Assembly: GCA_032718475.1 (NCBI GenBank)
Contig: JAUCBJ010002801.1
Span: 7,156-71,155, forward strand
Reading direction: 5' to 3'
From: Nemertoderma westbladi
Lineage: Eukaryota > Animalia > Xenacoelomorpha
Length of the DNA stretch: 64,000 bases
Below, piece after piece: positions 61,179 to 64,000 of this stretch. The position numbers and the translations under genes were made by a program. The notes under the pieces were generated by a model, which saw only the letters and a program-made list of their open reading frames with translations, searched no databases and had not been told where the DNA came from. How positions within the stretch are numbered: position 1 is the first letter of the stretch; each line of letters starts with the position of its first letter.

Positions 61179-62225
61179 ATGGATTTATTTAAAAAAACTT
61201 CAAGCAATACTTGGAAATTTACATTTAATAAATATACCTGTAGTATTGTTTATGGCAAGTACTTTATATTACTCTCAAGCGATAGCAATATAACAACGTG
61301 CTTCTCTTACCAGGATACACTCTACCTTCTAGACGTCTTAGAAATATTATTCAACCGACAAAAGGAATCACCAGTTTCAAGAGGTAATATTTATCCTAAT
61401 ATAGAATTTACAAGAGGAAAGTTAAATATTTCCACCTGTGTTATTACTGAAAACGTATATATTCAGAAGCAAGGTAAATGTCAAATTCTAAACAAATCAC
61501 TCATTAATTTATTACTTCAGAGTAAGACAGAAATATTAGAATTGTTATCACCACCACTCGAAATAATAAATCAGTGTTATGTTGTTAATTTAACCAACCC
61601 ATCTTTTGTTGGTTTTGTAAGCAAATATAAAGGAGCGACTTATATGGGACTATGGGAGATTTCAGCTAGATATTCTGATGCTATTGGTCTTAGGTATTAT
61701 AATGGGTTTAACTTAACAGCATCGGAAGTAAATTCATTGTGGTATGAATGGAATTATGAAATTAGTAACGAAGGTGTCTTTTCAGAGCTAGATACGGACG
61801 ATAAAGTAGCTTTATCTGACCGACTTAAAGTAAAAATAAATGTACAAGAAAAAAAAGTAATTATTACAGACAAGGAAAGCAAATATTTACAGTTACATTA
61901 CGATAAAGACATACCATATATAGAGTTTCTCTACGATATGATGTTAAAGGTTTCATCAACTGATATAGCAGACGGTTTCGTGATTCTATATCCACCAACT
62001 TGGAAGTTTAAGGATAATAAGTCATTTCCAGAAGTAGTTTCATCCACATTTAATCCAAAGACATACATCGAAGAGACCTCGAGTGATAGAAAGCGCAGAT
62101 CTACATCTCAATCATCTTCCATTCCCAACAATGATTCTATACCTACAAAGAAAATAAAAGTTACAAAAGCAAGTGAAGAGGTAGCAGATTACAATAAGGA
62201 ACATATAAAAACAGTATCAGATTGA
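61179..62225 (+). CDS. Polinton ORF, 348 aa, candidate PC4-like ssDNA-binding domain
   Basis: Intact ORF with TATAAA at ~61106; VSKYKGATYMGLWE...GFNLTASEVNSL resembles the PC4 pattern; basic C-terminal patches. Confidence 0.65.
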   Translation: MDLFKKTSSNTWKFTFNKYTCSIVYGKYFILLSSDSNITTCFSYQDTLYLLDVLEILFNRQKESPVSRGNIYPNIEFTRGKLNISTCVITENVYIQKQGKCQILNKSLINLLLQSKTEILELLSPPLEIINQCYVVNLTNPSFVGFVSKYKGATYMGLWEISARYSDAIGLRYYNGFNLTASEVNSLWYEWNYEISNEGVFSELDTDDKVALSDRLKVKINVQEKKVIITDKESKYLQLHYDKDIPYIEFLYDMMLKVSSTDIADGFVILYPPTWKFKDNKSFPEVVSSTFNPKTYIEETSSDRKRRSTSQSSSIPNNDSIPTKKIKVTKASEEVADYNKEHIKTVSD

Positions 62226-62780
62226 TTTATTATTAACTAGAGACTTTTCTTTTTCAGTTTCACACTGACTTGTAAAGGTAACTTTTTATCACAAAGCGTG
62301 ATTATTATAAAGTATTTGCATGTAAAGGTGACTTTATTGAGTAAATATTGGTGATAGTTTAATGTGAGCACGGGATTAGGTATAAAACATTCGCATGTAA
62401 ATGCGTGAGTTTACACCACCATAATAAAACATTTGCATGTAAAACCTACTTTATCAATGAAAATTAAAAACGCATTAGACATATCTTGGTTTAGACTTGA
62501 TTTTATTATAAAGAATTCAGTTGTAAAAGCAACTTTATTTATGATATTAGTTTCCAATGTAACTGTTATTTATGATTGGTTGGTATAAGTAGAAACTTGA
62601 AATATATATATATATATAAAGAGCTCAACTGATTCAATCGATCTCATTCTGAAAATATTAAATTAATTAAAGTTTAGATATTATATTTTATTTGTGTTGA
62701 GTAGCTTATGAATTTTTTTTTTGATTATATATATAACAATATTCATATTAATTTTAAATTGTTTTTAGGATAATAAAGAG

Positions 62781-64000
62781 ATGGATAAACAATTGAAATG
62801 TCCATTTTGTCCTCTTCAAATTTCTAAACGAAATTATTTAACACATGTGAAATCTCATTTTGAAGAATACAATTGTTTTAATTGTCGTGTGAAATGTTCA
62901 CGTGAAGAAATATGTAAACGACATGAATCGACTACGGGATGTAAAGAAATGAAGTTTTGCGTGTATGAAAAAACTTGCCCTACTTGTAATAAAGAGTATT
63001 TATATGAGAATTACTTACGTCACGACTGTCACCAACGTTATTATCATGTTAGACCACCACAACGGAACCAAAACAATACTATGGTATCTAGAAAAAGACT
63101 GAAATCTGGTCAAGGTTCATCAATTTTTAACATCGAACGAGTTGCACACGATAACCGTTTAGAAATCTATGTTTACAATCTTCCAGATGATGAAGATTTT
63201 CCTGATATTCATTCATCATTAATTAAAATTCTACCTCACATCCAAACTTTATTATTAGGAAAACTTAGCGAAATGAATGTACTTAGACCCTGGCTAGGTG
63301 TGAATATACTCATGTATCGATCACATTTTTCAGAGGGTGATCAAGAAGAAGCTTTCTATTTTAGTTCTTCAGGTGGTGCAGTTAATACCGTAGATTCACA
63401 TGAAAGTTTTGACACATGGTTTGAGTATGTATTAGAAAAATTAATGCAAAAAATAGCCATGTTTAACACTCGTGGCTCAGGGTGGCGTGTTAAATCTTTA
63501 TTAAGGGTTGAAATTAAAGTAGCTGAATCCAAGTATAGGTCGTTACTATATAAGGGACACGGTTATATGGAGTTACCTAAGGCTCTATCAGGTAAACAAT
63601 GTGTTATAAATATACAAACGGCTGATAATGATTGTTTTAAATGGGCAATTATAGCTACAAAATTTAGTAGCAAAGTGAAGATAAACAAAAACCGTACTTC
63701 ACAGTACAAAAATTATATGAATCATTTCATTTTTGACAACGGCAACAAAGATTATCCAACAGAATGGCCGCTTGCAATTAAACTTTTTGAAAAACAGAAT
63801 TCAACATATATAATTAATTTATTACTCTACGACAACAATCGAGTATCTATATTAAGACAGGCACCATTTAGTAAAATCACTCCAGATAAAGAGTTATTGA
63901 ATATATTACTTGTAAAAAATAAGAATAAATCAAAACAATCCCATTATGTTTGCATAACTAACTTGAATCGGATGATGAATACAAGAGGTAAGCATATTGG
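62781..64000 (+). CDS. Polinton protein-primed DNA polymerase B, N-terminal region with C2H2-like fingers (open at window end)
   Basis: My translation: MDKQLKCPFC...THVKSH...RGSGWRV...GYMELPKAL...VINIQTADNDCFKWAI...HYVCITNLNRMM. These motifs are typical of Polinton PolB N-termini; catalytic motifs lie beyond the window. Absent from the ORF track because it has no stop. Confidence 0.85.
   Translation, partial: MDKQLKCPFCPLQISKRNYLTHVKSHFEEYNCFNCRVKCSREEICKRHESTTGCKEMKFCVYEKTCPTCNKEYLYENYLRHDCHQRYYHVRPPQRNQNNTMVSRKRLKSGQGSSIFNIERVAHDNRLEIYVYNLPDDEDFPDIHSSLIKILPHIQTLLLGKLSEMNVLRPWLGVNILMYRSHFSEGDQEEAFYFSSSGGAVNTVDSHESFDTWFEYVLEKLMQKIAMFNTRGSGWRVKSLLRVEIKVAESKYRSLLYKGHGYMELPKALSGKQCVINIQTADNDCFKWAIIATKFSSKVKINKNRTSQYKNYMNHFIFDNGNKDYPTEWPLAIKLFEKQNSTYIINLLLYDNNRVSILRQAPFSKITPDKELLNILLVKNKNKSKQSHYVCITNLNRMMNTRGKHI

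Larger units (their letters stand above)
60314..64000 (+). mobile_element. Polinton/Maverick, left end
   Basis: Starts AGTAGTATAC (AG-type terminus typical of Polintons); contains a pPolB N-terminal ORF; the right TIR is outside the window. Confidence 0.75.

Overview
Eukaryotic (probably invertebrate animal) repeat-dense window, built mostly of nested transposons. Three related BEL/Pao LTR retrotransposons dominate. BEL-1 (4993-16690, minus) and BEL-3 (41819-54567, plus, CCAAC target-site duplication) are internally deleted non-autonomous copies. BEL-2 (24299-~40160, plus) keeps a full gag-pol plus two extra downstream ORFs, one with a WRN/EXD-like DEDDy 3'-5' exonuclease domain. The most striking signal is that none of the three has a tRNA primer-binding site. 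Instead, the 10-13 nt just after each 5' LTR (ATAACAG...) are the reverse complement of a site inside that copy's own LTR, and the two sites co-vary between copies. This is the signature of Tf1-type self-priming, which I do not know from BEL/Pao. Other content: a Gypsy fragment, two LINEs (one with a Ulp1-like domain in ORF1), an intronless effector-caspase-like pseudogene, an NR6A-like nuclear receptor ligand-binding-domain gene, and the left end of a Polinton/Maverick (PC4-like ORF, pPolB N-terminus). All calls come from visual motif and sequence comparison; no searches were run.
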